Positions 51,448-62,142 are shown, counted from the stretch's first letter. The stretch is DNA of 64,000 bases from Nitrospirota bacterium (GCA_963741205.1 CAVUHW010000018.1:132184-196183); one strand, 5' to 3'. Made by a program: numbers and translations. The notes: generated by a model not told the origin, from the sequence alone.

Positions 51448-51696
51448 ATGGTAACCGCATACGCGCTCATAGAAGTCCAGGCAAAACACTCGGGTGCGGT
51501 CGTCGAATACCTGAACAAGTACCCCGAGGTCAAGGAGGCCGCCGCGGTTTATGGCGAGGCTGATATCGTCGCCAAGATACAGACTGCGTCAGCGGAGGAA
51601 CTGGACCGGCTGGTCATGGATGTGATCCAGGGAAACCCGGATGTGCAGTCGACCCGGACCCTGGTGGTGATAGAAAAATTCCACTGGGAACGATGA
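51448..51696 (+). CDS. Lrp/AsnC ligand-binding domain protein
   Basis: AYALI...EVKEAAAVYGEADIVAKI...VQSTRTL. Confidence 0.88.
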   Translation: MVTAYALIEVQAKHSGAVVEYLNKYPEVKEAAAVYGEADIVAKIQTASAEELDRLVMDVIQGNPDVQSTRTLVVIEKFHWER

Positions 51697-51789
51697 TGCC
51701 GGAATACCCGGAAACCCTGTTTCATCTTTTACCCCACCTGTTGTTCTGATATAATCAAACAATAATCGAAACCATTTCAGGCCCGAATT

Positions 51790-51942
51790 CGTCGTCCCCG
51801 TATGACTCTAAAGCCTGCCCCAGCATGCTTAAAGCAGGGGGGGACCCAGCCTGCACCCAGCGCTTACGAGTGTTGCAGCGCGAGTGCAGGGCGTAACTTT
51901 AGGAAACCACTGGATTCCCGATAAAGACGTTCGGGAATGACG
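51790..51942. repeat. REP doublet with nested elements
   Basis: CGTCGTCCCCG ... GGGACCCA, 44-bp element at 51850-51893, TGGATTCCCGATAAAGACGTTCGGGAATGACG. Confidence 0.75.
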
Positions 51943-51968
51943 GAAGTAGGGAATCGCCAGGTGACGCC

Positions 51969-54694
51969 ATGCCCGAACAGCAGCAACGGTACCCACAAGA
52001 CCATCTACCTCAAGGACTACCGTCCTCCCGACTATCTCGTCGAAACGGTGATGCTCGAGTTCGATCTCGATGAAACGCGGACGCGCGTCAAATCGCTCCT
52101 GACCGTGGTCTGCAATCACGACCGCTGCGAAGGCATTCACCCCTTCGTCCTGAACGGCAACGGCTTGAAGCTCCTGGCGATCAGCCTGGACGGCAGGCCT
52201 CTCGCGCCAGGCGATTACCGGCTCGATGCCGAGACGCTCACGCTCTTGCCGGTCCCCGACCGCTTCGCCCTTGAACTCGTCACCGAGATCAACCCCTCGG
52301 CGAACACGGAACTCTCCGGCCTCTACCTCTCGGGCGGAAACTTCTGCACCCAGTGCGAAGCCGAGGGGTTTCGCAGGATCACCTATTACCCGGATCGTCC
52401 CGACGTCCTGGCGCGGTTCTTCACGACCATCATCGCGGACAGAAAACGATTCCCCGTGCTGCTCTCGAACGGGAACCTGATCGGCAAGGGCGAACTCGCG
52501 GGAGAAAAACATTTCGCCAAATGGCACGACCCCTTCCCCAAGCCCGCCTACCTCTTCGCGCTCGTAGGCGGGGACCTCGCGCGCATCCGGGACACCTTCA
52601 CGACCATGTCGGGAAAAACCGTGGACTTGAGCGTCTACGTCCAGCATCACAACAAGGACAAGTGCGGCCACGCCATGGAGTCCCTGAAACTGGCCATGAA
52701 ATGGGACGAGGAAGCCTACGGCAGGGAATACGACCTCGACACCTTCATGATCGTGGCCGTGGACGACTTCAACATGGGGGCCATGGAGAACAAGGGCCTG
52801 AATGTCTTCAACTCCAAGTACGTGCTTGCCAGGCCGGAGACCGCCACGGACGCCGACTTCCAGGGCATCATGGGCGTGGTGGGCCACGAGTACTTTCACA
52901 ACTGGTCCGGCGACCGCGTTACCTGCAGGGACTGGTTCCAGCTCTCTCTCAAGGAAGGCTTTACCGTGTTCCGGGACCAGCAGTTCATGGAAGACATGAC
53001 CTCGGCCGGCGTGAAGCGCATCAGCGACGTCGCCGTCCTCCGCACCCATCAGTTTCGCGAGGACGCGGGGCCGCTGGCGCATCCGGTACGGCCCGAGTCG
53101 TACGTGGAGATCAACAACTTCTACACCCTCACGGTCTACAACAAAGGCGCCGAGGTGATCCGCATGATGCGGGCCCTGCTCGGGCCTGCGCGCTTCAGAA
53201 AGGGAACGGACCTTTACTTTTCACGCCATGACGGACAGGCGGTCACGACCGATGACTTCGTGCGGGCCATGGAAGACGCGAACGGGGCCGACCTCTCGCA
53301 GTTCAAGCTGTGGTACTCCCAGGCAGGAACTCCCGAGCTGCAGGTCAGCCGTTCCTATGATCCGCAAGCCATGAGCTATACTCTGACCTTCAAACAGACC
53401 TGTCCGCCGACGCCGGGCCAGCCGGAGAAAAAACCGATGCACATCCCCGTGGCGGTGGGGCTCTTGGGCAAGGACGGGAAGGACATGGCGCAAAGCTCAT
53501 TGACCCATCCCCACCCTGGCCCTCCCCTTGAAGGGGAGGGTACTGAAAGGCTCCTCCCCCTTCAAGGGGGAGGTTGGGAGGGGGAGGGGTTTAACAGGAC
53601 GTGGGTCCTCGAACTGAGAAAACCGGAGGAGACCTTCGTCTTCACCGATGTGCCGCACGAGCCCGTGCCCTCGCTCCTCAGGCATTTCTCGGCGCCGGTG
53701 AAAGTGAAGTGCGATCTCACGGACGACGAACGGTTGTTCCTCATGGCCAATGACAGCGACGAGTTCAACCGCTGGGACGCGGGCCAGCAGCTCGCGGTCA
53801 AGCTCATCCTGGGTCTCATCTCGGAGCTCCGGCAGGGCAGGCCGCTTACGCTCGACCGCTCGTTTACCGCCGCGTTCAAGAAGACGCTCATAAGCCCGAT
53901 GGAGGACAAGGCCTTTCAGGCCTTTGCCCTTTCGCTCCCCGCGGAGACCTATCTTGCCGACTTCATGGAGGTGATCGACCCCGGGGCCATCCATGAAGCG
54001 CGCTCGTTCGTACAAAAGACCCTTGCCGCGGAACTCAAGGATACCTTCCTCGGCCTCTATGACGCCAACCGGGAAACCGGGCCGTACACGCATCGACCAG
54101 GCCTCCGTCGGCAGGCGGAGCCTTAAAAACACCTGTCTCGCCTACCTCATGGAGCTGGACGAGCCCGGCGTGAGAAAGCTCTGCGTGGAACAATACCGTA
54201 CCTCGGCGAACATGACCGATGTGATTGCAAGCCTTGCGAACCTGGCGAACACCGACTGCCCGGAGCGGCATGAGGCGCTTGCCTCGTTTTATGAGAAATG
54301 GAAAAACGATCCGCTCGTCATGGACAAGTGGCTTTCCATCCAGGCCATGTCGCGCCTGCCCGATACGCTGGCGAAGGTCAAGGCGCTCACGCGCCACCCC
54401 GTCTTCAATATCAAAAACCCCAACAAGGTCCGCGCCCTGATCGCCGCATTTTCGTCCAATGCCGCGCGGTTCCACGACCCTTCCGGGGCGGGATATGAGT
54501 TTCTGGCGGATTACGTCGTGCTCCTGGACCCCATGAACCCCCAGATCGCTTCGCGCCTGGTCTTATCCTTTGCAATGTGGAAACGGTACGACGAGACCCG
54601 GAAGGCCCTCATGAAAGCTCAATTGGAGCGGATACTGCACATGCCGAAGCTCTCCCGGGATGTCCATGAGATTGTTGCAAAGAGCCTCGCGTAA
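51969..54694 (+). CDS. pepN: Aminopeptidase N (frameshifts at start and near 54090)
   Basis: IYLKDYRPP, TQCEAEGFR, GAMENK, HEYFH...LKEG, NPNKVRAL. Confidence 0.96.
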
Positions 54695-54764
54695 TAGCCC
54701 CCTGTTAAGCCGGAGTTACCGCGCAATCTCGATTCAAAGCAGGCGCGTTGAAGCGCTCTCATCT

Positions 54765-55277
54765 TCATCGCCACGTGTTCTCGCGGACCCGCGATGCATC
54801 GAACCGGTCCGGCGTTTCCTTCACTTCAGCCGGGAAACCGAGCGGGACCAGCGAGAAGGGCACGATGTGGTCCGGCAGCTTGAGGAGCCTCCGGAAATTC
54901 TGGACCCTATCCTCGGTCGGATAGACCCCGCACCATACGCCGCCGAGCCCCAGAGCGTGGGCGGCCAGCAGAAGGTTCTCCGTCGCTGCCGCGCAGTCAA
55001 GGACCCAGTACCCCCTGTGCCGCTCGAGCGTCAGGTCGCCGCAGACGAGGACGGCGGCGCGAGCGTGTTTCAGCATGGCCGAATAGGGATGAAACTTCGG
55101 AATCTCGTCGAGGACGGCTCGCTCCGTCAGTACCATGAAGTGCCAGGGCCGCTCATTGCCGGCCGAAGGCGCGCTCATCGCGGCCCTCAGGAGCTCGTGG
55201 AGGTCCTCGCGCGATACCGGCTTCGACGTATAAAGCCGCACGCTGCGGCGTGAAAAGATGACTTCAAGGGCATTCAT
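54765..55277 (-). CDS. Nitroreductase family protein
   Basis: RRSVRLY, APSAGNERPW, ENLLLAAHALGLGGVW. Confidence 0.92.
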   Translation of the reverse strand: MNALEVIFSRRSVRLYTSKPVSREDLHELLRAAMSAPSAGNERPWHFMVLTERAVLDEIPKFHPYSAMLKHARAAVLVCGDLTLERHRGYWVLDCAAATENLLLAAHALGLGGVWCGVYPTEDRVQNFRRLLKLPDHIVPFSLVPLGFPAEVKETPDRFDASRVRENTWR

Positions 55278-55294
55278 AGGTCCACACCCCCCGC

Positions 55295-55407
55295 TGTCAT
55301 ACCCGCGAAAGCGGGTATCCATTGGCTCTTACCCACAATAATCTTAAAATAGATTCCTGCTTTCGTACCCTGCTCTTGCGAAAGCGCGGGCACAGGCAGG
55401 AATGACA
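55295..55407. repeat. REP doublet with nested short element (55366-55396)
   Basis: TGTCATACCCGCGAAAGCGGGTATCCA ... TAGATTCCTGCTTTCG[TACCCTGC...GCGCGGGCACAG]GCAGGAATGACA. Confidence 0.8.
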
Positions 55408-55457
55408 AAAAAGATCCGCTTATTATCATAAATTTACCCAAACGACGCGACGTCTCG

Positions 55458-56420
55458 TCACGTTCCGTACTCCCGCGCCATTTCTTCAATTCCCTGCGAC
55501 AAGGTGAATTCCGGCTTCCAATGTAAAAGACGCTGCGCTTTGCCGTTGTCGAACAACAAGTCATTCGTAACATACCGGATGTAGGTGCTGAGGTCGAGCC
55601 TGGAAGCAAACAGTCCCGACACGATATCGAAGAACAAGGCCGGTGCGCCTAACATAAGAGGAGGGAGGGAAAGAATCCTTAGCGATACGCCGAGTGTGTC
55701 CGCTATGGCATGAAGGAAGTCCGACCAACTGTTGCCCGCTCCATCGGTCAGGTTGAATACCTGGCCTGCGGCGGCGGGCTCGATGCCGGCGAGATACACA
55801 GCGCGCGCAAGGTCCTTGACATAAATGAACGGGGCAACGGCGGTGCCTCTGCCAATAAAGGGGAAACCGATGGGACCGAACCTTTTGACGGTCCTCATGA
55901 GGTTCCCGAGGTGGCGGGACCCTGGGCCGTAGACCACGCCGGGCCTGATCGCGACGTACTCCGTGCCGCGCGTCCCTTCGGAAAGGAGCTGCTCGCACCG
56001 CTTTTTGTACGACGTGTACAGATCGCCGGGCACGGACCGTGGCAGGGTCTCTTCCGTCGCCGGCGTCACCGAAGGGATCCCTGAGACGGTCAGTGAGCTG
56101 ATGAATACGATCCGCCTAACCCCTGATTTTCCGAGGCGCTCGATCACGCGTTCCACGAGTTCCACATTCTTTTCAGCTGCGCGGCGAGACGTGTTCCTGA
56201 GCTCTCCGATATGGTAAAAAACCTCCATCCCGTCCATGGCGTCGAGGACCGAGTCGGGGTCCTTCAGGTCGCCGTGAAAGAGGGAGACACCCTTGCCTTC
56301 AAAACGCGCAGGGACATCCGGCCTCCTCGAAAAAAGCCGGACGCTGTGCCCGTTTTCCACAAGGAGGTCGACGACATGACTTCCGATGAACCCCGTGCCG
56401 CCGGTGACCAGCGCTTTCAT
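55458..56420 (-). CDS. NAD-dependent epimerase/dehydratase (extended SDR)
   Basis: TGGTGFIG, ISS, YTSYK, RPGVVYGP. Confidence 0.9.
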   Translation of the reverse strand: MKALVTGGTGFIGSHVVDLLVENGHSVRLFSRRPDVPARFEGKGVSLFHGDLKDPDSVLDAMDGMEVFYHIGELRNTSRRAAEKNVELVERVIERLGKSGVRRIVFISSLTVSGIPSVTPATEETLPRSVPGDLYTSYKKRCEQLLSEGTRGTEYVAIRPGVVYGPGSRHLGNLMRTVKRFGPIGFPFIGRGTAVAPFIYVKDLARAVYLAGIEPAAAGQVFNLTDGAGNSWSDFLHAIADTLGVSLRILSLPPLMLGAPALFFDIVSGLFASRLDLSTYIRYVTNDLLFDNGKAQRLLHWKPEFTLSQGIEEMAREYGT

Positions 56421-56481
56421 GGGAAACCTCGATACTGGATTCTGAATTGCGGTTGATTAATGCAGGTTGCGCGGTATCGTT

Positions 56482-57525
56482 TCACGCTTCAATAAAACAC
56501 TGCGGGTCCTCGGCGAGAAAATCGTCCTGCCCCCGGGAAAGGGACCAGGCGTAAGCGATGGCCCTGCACCCGCGGCAGCGCGCCCACCTCGGGCAGGCCC
56601 TGCATTTCCCCTTGTACCTGCTCCGGTCCCTGAGGGCATCGAGCACCGGCGAGGCAGACCAGATATCCCTGAGCGAGTCCCTGCGCGCGTTTCCCAGCGA
56701 TATCGGCAGCCTTCTGCAGGGCAGCACATCTCCGTCGGGAAGGATGGTCAGACCCGAGACGCCTGCCGCGCAGCCGCTCATCGCTGTGTTCCCGGCGTCG
56801 TCCTTTGAGGCGGTCTTCATGCACGACGCAACAGGGTCTCCGGTAACGATCTCGAGGCCCTTGACCTCAAGAGATAAGAGTGATTCATACAAATCCTTCA
56901 CTTCCGCCGGGGAAAGCATCCGCGAAAGCAGGGACAGTCCTTTACCGGACGGGACGAGACGGGAGAAACCGATTCTCCGCGCCCCTGCATGGGAGCCGAA
57001 GGCAATCACCTGTTTCATCGATGAGGCATTAAGATGGGAGAGTGTGGCGTTGAGCGTAACCGCGAGCCCGGCGTCAACGAGGCGTTTAATGCCGGCAGCC
57101 GATGCGGCGAAGCTCCCCTTGCCGCGAATGGAATCATGGACCTCTTCCGGTCCCTCGATGCTTACCTGCACGCCCTTAACGCCGAGCTCCGCAAGCCGTC
57201 GTGCGCGCTCCCTGTCAACGAGCGTCCCGTTGGTGAGCAGATAGATGTCGAAGCCCCGCCGGGAGATCTCGCCGAGAATTTCAAAAAGGTCGGGCCTCAG
57301 AAAGGGCTCCCCCCCGGTCATATTCATACTCCGGGAGAATACAATGTCATAGGCCCCCGACCAGTCATCGATCATGTCCGATACTTCAGCAATGACGGTC
57401 TTTATTTCCGGCAGGGACATCTCATCCGTGCCGCGCTCACCCTGGTAGCAGTGGCTGCACCGGAGATTGCAGGCTTCGGTCAAGTGCCATTGGATAAAAA
57501 ATTCAAAGGGCTTGTGAGTGGACAT
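56482..57525 (-). CDS. Radical SAM/SPASM enzyme, putative peptide maturase
   Basis: CNLRCSHC (CxxxCxxC), TGGEP, TNG; SPASM CAAG...DGDVLPC...CRAC...CRGCRA...DPQC; intact 347 aa. Confidence 0.93.
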   Translation of the reverse strand: MSTHKPFEFFIQWHLTEACNLRCSHCYQGERGTDEMSLPEIKTVIAEVSDMIDDWSGAYDIVFSRSMNMTGGEPFLRPDLFEILGEISRRGFDIYLLTNGTLVDRERARRLAELGVKGVQVSIEGPEEVHDSIRGKGSFAASAAGIKRLVDAGLAVTLNATLSHLNASSMKQVIAFGSHAGARRIGFSRLVPSGKGLSLLSRMLSPAEVKDLYESLLSLEVKGLEIVTGDPVASCMKTASKDDAGNTAMSGCAAGVSGLTILPDGDVLPCRRLPISLGNARRDSLRDIWSASPVLDALRDRSRYKGKCRACPRWARCRGCRAIAYAWSLSRGQDDFLAEDPQCFIEA

Positions 57526-57571
57526 AAGAGTGAAGGGAGAAAAATGAATTTGATTCGTAACGGGCTAAAAG

Positions 57572-57631
57572 AGGCGGACATGACGAAAGACATGACTACG
57601 CAGCAACGCGTTTGTTCCGCCATATCCGCCT
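57572..57631 (-). terminator. 17-bp stem-loop followed by CUUUU between peptide and maturase (attenuator/stabiliser)
   Basis: mRNA AGGCGGAUAUGGCGGAA pairs with UUUCGUCAUGUCCGCCU (with G-U pairs), then CUUUU. Confidence 0.65.
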
Positions 57632-57642
57632 GTTCCGGTTTC

Positions 57643-57658
57643 GTTGCTGACCAGCAAC
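57643..57658 (-). promoter_or_regulatory. Bacterial SECIS element
   Basis: GUUGCU-GGUC-AGCAAC begins 11 nt after the UGA at 57672-57670; closely resembles the E. coli fdhF SECIS GGUUGCAGGUCUGCACC. Confidence 0.75.
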
Positions 57659-57660
57659 TT

Positions 57661-57783
57661 TTAGGCCTTTCAGCCTTTTCACTTGTGACATACTGTGCCA
57701 GGATTCTTCTTTGCCAGCTCTTTCATAGTATTCCAGTATGCCGACTCTTTGACAAGAGTTTCCCTGCTCGCTGTCTTTTTCAT
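57661..57783 (-). CDS. 40-aa putative selenocysteine-containing RiPP precursor MKKTASRETLVKESAYWNTMKELAKKNPGTVCHKUKGUKA
   Basis: SD AAGGAGGTG; TGA at codons 35 and 38 spaced with Cys32 as CxxUxxU; TAA at 57663-57661; SECIS-like hairpin downstream; adjacent rSAM/SPASM gene. Confidence 0.8.
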
Positions 57784-57825
57784 CCCGTATTCACCTCCTT
57801 TCCGGTTCGTACAAGGTTAAGCATA

Positions 57826-57924
57826 TCACAAAAAAGCCCTCAAGCGGCGCTGTTCGGCCGCGGCGCGGCTTATCTCCTCGAGGTCCGCGAAGACGCGGAC
57901 CTCTGTGTTTCCGAAGACATTCAT
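57826..57924 (-). pseudogene. pgl: Truncated 6-phosphogluconolactonase N-terminus
   Basis: [24 protein letters not shown] overlaps the zwf stop, then terminates after 32 codons. Confidence 0.6.
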
Positions 57925-59495
57925 AACGGCCTCCAGGCCCGGCCGTCCTTGCTGATCAGACGCATGGCCGAGTCCGGGCCGTCCGTGCCGGCGGCATACA
58001 GCGCGAGCGGGGCGCCTTTGCCCGATTCGTATGCGTCGAGAGCGGGGGTAAGCGCCGACCAGGCAAGCTCCACGCTGTCTTCCCGCATGAACAGCATGTG
58101 GTCGCCGAGCATGCAGTCCAAAAGCACCCATTCATAGGCATCGAGCAGGACCCCGCGCGGATAGGAATAGGTCATCTCCACGGGATTCAGGCAGACCTTC
58201 GTGCCCGGCTGCTTGGTCTGGAAGGTAAGATTCATGCCTTCGTCGGGCTGGATCTTCAAAACGACCGTGTTCGCCTCGATGGGGCCGCCGACGGAATCGG
58301 GAAACATGGAGTGCGGGACTTCCTTGAAATGAATGGAGATCTCCGTCTTCCGGCTTGAAAGCCGTTTGCCCGAACGAAGATAGAAGGGCACGCCGTGCCA
58401 GCGCCAGTTGTCGACGAACACTTTCATCGCGGCATAGGTCGGCGTCATTGACCCCGGGGCTACACCCGCCTCTTCCCGGTACCCGGGGACATCCTGCCCG
58501 TCGAGCTTCCCCTTTGCATACTGCCCGAACACCATGTGATCGTCGAGGTGAGTCCGGGGAAATTCGCCGGAGGGAGCGAAGGACCTTTGCCTTTTCGTCC
58601 TGCACCCGGTCGGCGATGAACAGCGCGGGCGGCTCCATGGCTGTGAGACAGAGCAGTTGGAACACGTGGTTCTGGAACATGTCGCGGACCACTCCCGCTG
58701 CTTCATAGTAGCCCGCCCGGTGTTCGATGCCGAGGGTCTCGACGGCGGTGATCTGGACGTGATCGACGTACCGCCGGTTCCAGAGCGGCTCGAAAATGGA
58801 GTTCGCGAAACGGAACATGAGGATGTTCTGCACGGTTTCCTTGGCAAGGTAATGGTCGATGCGGAAAATCTGGCTTTCCTTATAGTAGGTATGCACGAGT
58901 TTATTCAGCTTCCGGGCCGAGGCGAGGTCGTGGCCGAAGGGTTTTTCGATCACGACATGGCTGCAGCCCTTGTCCTCGCGCTGCAGACCCGCGGCCCCGA
59001 TGTTGTGGACCACCTTTTCGAACACCGTGGGCGGGATGGCCAGATAAAAAATGCGGTTCCCGCGCGTCTCGTGCCTGGCCTCGAGCTTCGGCAGGATGTC
59101 CGCTGAGGTCGACGGTATAGGACTTCGGGATCTTCGTAGTCGAAGGTGGAGTAATAGAGGCGGGTCGCCAGCTTGTCCCAGACGGCCTTGTCGAACTCGA
59201 GCGGGAACGCAGACTGGATGGCTTCCTGCATGGATGCGCGGAACTGTTCCGTCGTCATTTCGACGCGGCTCGTGCCGAGAATGAAGAACTGCTCCGCCAG
59301 CATCCTGTTCTTGTAAAGACGGTACAGCGAAGGAAGGAGCTTCCGGCGCGTGAGGTCGCCCGATGCGCCGAAAATGATCAGGGCGGCCGGCCGGGGAACT
59401 TCGATTTCGCAGTTCTCCACCCTGTGGTACTCCGGAGACAAACCGGCTGCCGCCGTCGCCCGCTCCCTGTTCTCCAGAACAAGTGGATCATCCAT
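57921..59495 (-). CDS. zwf: Glucose-6-phosphate dehydrogenase (frameshifted)
   Basis: [40 protein letters not shown]. Confidence 0.95.
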
Positions 59496-60379
59496 GGGCT
59501 GTCTTCCTTTTCTCCGGCGCTATCAGGGCGTTCCAGTCGAGAGAAAACTTTTCCATGCCCTTGTCCGTGAGGTCGTGGCGGATATCGTAGTCCTGCCATT
59601 TTTTTGCGAGCTCGATCATCCGGTAGGGGATCGGCCTCAGCCCCTTCGTTTCGTAGGTAAATTCGGGATCCGGAACCGGCATCCCCTGCGTGCCCCATGT
59701 ATTCAGGATCTCGTAGGGAGCGGTGATGATATCGGAACCGAGCCTGAGCGCATAGAGAAGATGATCGAGGGACCTCACGCTCGCGGTCAGGACTTCCACG
59801 TGGCCGTCGCCGTTCCGGTACATCTTGATGATGTTGGCGATCACGTCCATACCGTTCTCACCCCGGTCATCGAGCCTGCCGATGAAGGGCGAAACGTAGA
59901 CCTGCCCTTTCCTCGCGCCCCGCGTCGCGGCGTACACGGCCGCGGCCTGTTCCTGGGAAAAGCAGAGCGTCATGTTCACGCGCATTCCCTCCCCCACCGC
60001 GCTCTCCGCGGCCTTGAGCCCTTCGCGCGACGTCGGGAACTTCACGTGCGCGTTCGGGATCCAGGAGTACATTTCCTTTGCCTGCTTGAGCATCGTCTCC
60101 GCCGTGGTCGCGGCGTCGGCATATACCTCCACGGACACCGATCCTTTGGGGATCAGGCTGCTGATGGTCGTGACTACGTTGCGATAAAAATCGAGGATTT
60201 CACTTCGCGCTGAATTTTTCCCCCTTCTCCAGGCGCGAACGCGCTTCGGGATTCTTGGAGATCAGCGTAGGATTCGTAGTCTGCCCGTCGAGGAACCCGA
60301 GGAGCTTTATAAGCTTTCGCGTTTCCTCCTGATTGCCGCCGTCCAGAAAGATTCTGGTTTTGAGATTGGCTGGTTTCAT
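59488..60379 (-). CDS. tal: Transaldolase family protein (frameshifted)
   Basis: IFLDGG, GQTTNPTL, SVEV, VKFP, VNMTLCFS, SPFIGRLDD. Confidence 0.9.
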
Positions 60380-60493
60380 ATTATAACACCTCCTTCAGAT
60401 GATCATGAAGGACGATGTGACGAGTTCGCGTCGTTGCGAGGTACGACGTGACGCAAGGTACATTCGTCAACCTCGTCCTCGTCACCCGTCACC

Positions 60494-61410
60494 TCACCTC
60501 ACGTCCTTCATCCTCTCCTTCGCCTCATGTCCTCCGAACTGGTTGCGGAGCGCCGAGATGATCTTTCCCGTGTAGCTCGGATTCTTCTGGGACTGGATGC
60601 GAAATTCGAGCGACCCCTCGATTATCGGCGCCGGGACCCCCAGTTCTTTCGCCGCTTCAACGGTCCACAGCCCTTCCCCGCTCTGCGCGTGCGGAGCCGG
60701 ATATGCCGGAAAGGTCCCGTCCATACTGTTCATAGGCGTTCTTGAGCCAGCCGACGAGCCTCGACTCGATCACGCTCCGGTGATTATAGAGGTCCGCGAT
60801 CTCGCAAGGTCCAGGTCGTAAACGCGAGGCCTTCATGACCGCGAACCCTTCGGCAAGGGCCTGCATCATGCCGTATTCGATCCCGTTATGGACCATCTTT
60901 ACGAAATGCCCGGCCCCGGATTTTCCCAAGTGACGGTATCCGTTTTCAACCGAGAGGTCGCGAAAGAGACTGCTCGAAATGGCTGAACACCTCCTTGCTG
61001 CCGCCGACCATGATACAAGCCCCGTTCCGGGCGCCGCCGGGGCCTCCGCTCACACCTGCGTCCAGAAAATCAATGCCCCGGGCTTCGAGCTCCTTCGCCC
61101 GCCGCATCGATTCCTTGTAGAGCGAGTTCCCGCCATCGATTACCGTATCGCCTTTTGCGAGGAGCTGCGCGAGGTCTTTCAAGACCGCATCGACTGCATG
61201 GTACGGGACCATGATCCAGACAAGCCGCGGGGCCGGCAGCGAAGCCACCAGTGCGTGCAATGAATTCGCGACGCTTGCGCGCCTTTCCGCGCAAGAGAAT
61301 CGACGGCATCCTTGCTCCGGTCGAATACGATGACATGGTGGTCTTTCTCCAGACATTCGTTCCACCATATTGGATCCCATCTTCCCCAAGCCGATGTAGC
61401 CGAGTTTCAT
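60494..61410 (-). CDS. gnd: Decarboxylating 6-phosphogluconate dehydrogenase (short YqeC type, frameshifted)
   Basis: GLGKMG, IDGGNS, GVSGG, GHFVKMVHNGIEYG, LRNQFGGH. Confidence 0.93.
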
Positions 61411-61543
61411 ATGATACCTCTTAGAATCGTTGCATGTTACGGGTGGCGAGTTATGGGTTACGAGATGCAGACTACAGCCGCGGGTTTACGGGGTGCCGTT
61501 TTTTTATTTTAACTCGCAACGCGAAACACGCAACCCGCAGCAG

Positions 61544-61997
61544 TTATTTCATATATTCCTTTTCAATATCCGCTATCTTGCCCAACCGTCTCACATGCCT
61601 TTCCTCACCCGTAAACGTTGCATCCAGGAAGGCTCTCACGATTTCCTTCGCCAGTTCCCTGCCCACGATCCGCGCCCCGAGGCAAAGCACATTCATGTCG
61701 TCGTGCTCCACTCCCTGGTGAGCGGAATAGGTATCATGGCAGACTGCGGCTCGGATGCCGGGAAATTTATTGGCCGCAACATTGGCCCCGACCCCGCTCC
61801 CGCAGATCAGGATTCCCCGCGTCTGCTTTTTTGTCCAGCACAGCCAGCGCCACGGCGCGGGCATAATCCGGGTAATCCACTGCCTTTTCATCATAAGCGC
61901 CCAAATCGAGCACCCCGTGCCCGAGCTTTTTCAGATGCTCCACGAGCACGACCTTGAGTTGAAATCCTCCGTGATCGGCCCCGATTGCTATGTTCAT
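61544..61997 (-). CDS. rpiB: Ribose-5-phosphate isomerase B (frameshifted)
   Basis: [40 protein letters not shown]. Confidence 0.94.
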
Positions 61998-62142
61998 GAT
62001 CATCACCCTGAAGACGAATATTGACAAGCGAGGGAACAATAAAAAGCATATCATAGCCCCCTGATATGTCAAGGAGACGGGAATACGAAGGGATTACTTG
62101 CAACGTTTCTGTCTGGGGCTGTTCCTGTTCGTCGATGATGGC

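Noticed and set aside
51969-54694. PepN as leader peptidase for the selenopeptide
   Set aside because: Convergent, ordinary housekeeping PepN; proximity alone is not evidence
57730-57738. Y-W-N in the peptide as a triceptide (cyclophane) motif
   Set aside because: It lies in the presumed leader, and the CxxUxxU tail with SECIS explains the locus better; not fully excluded
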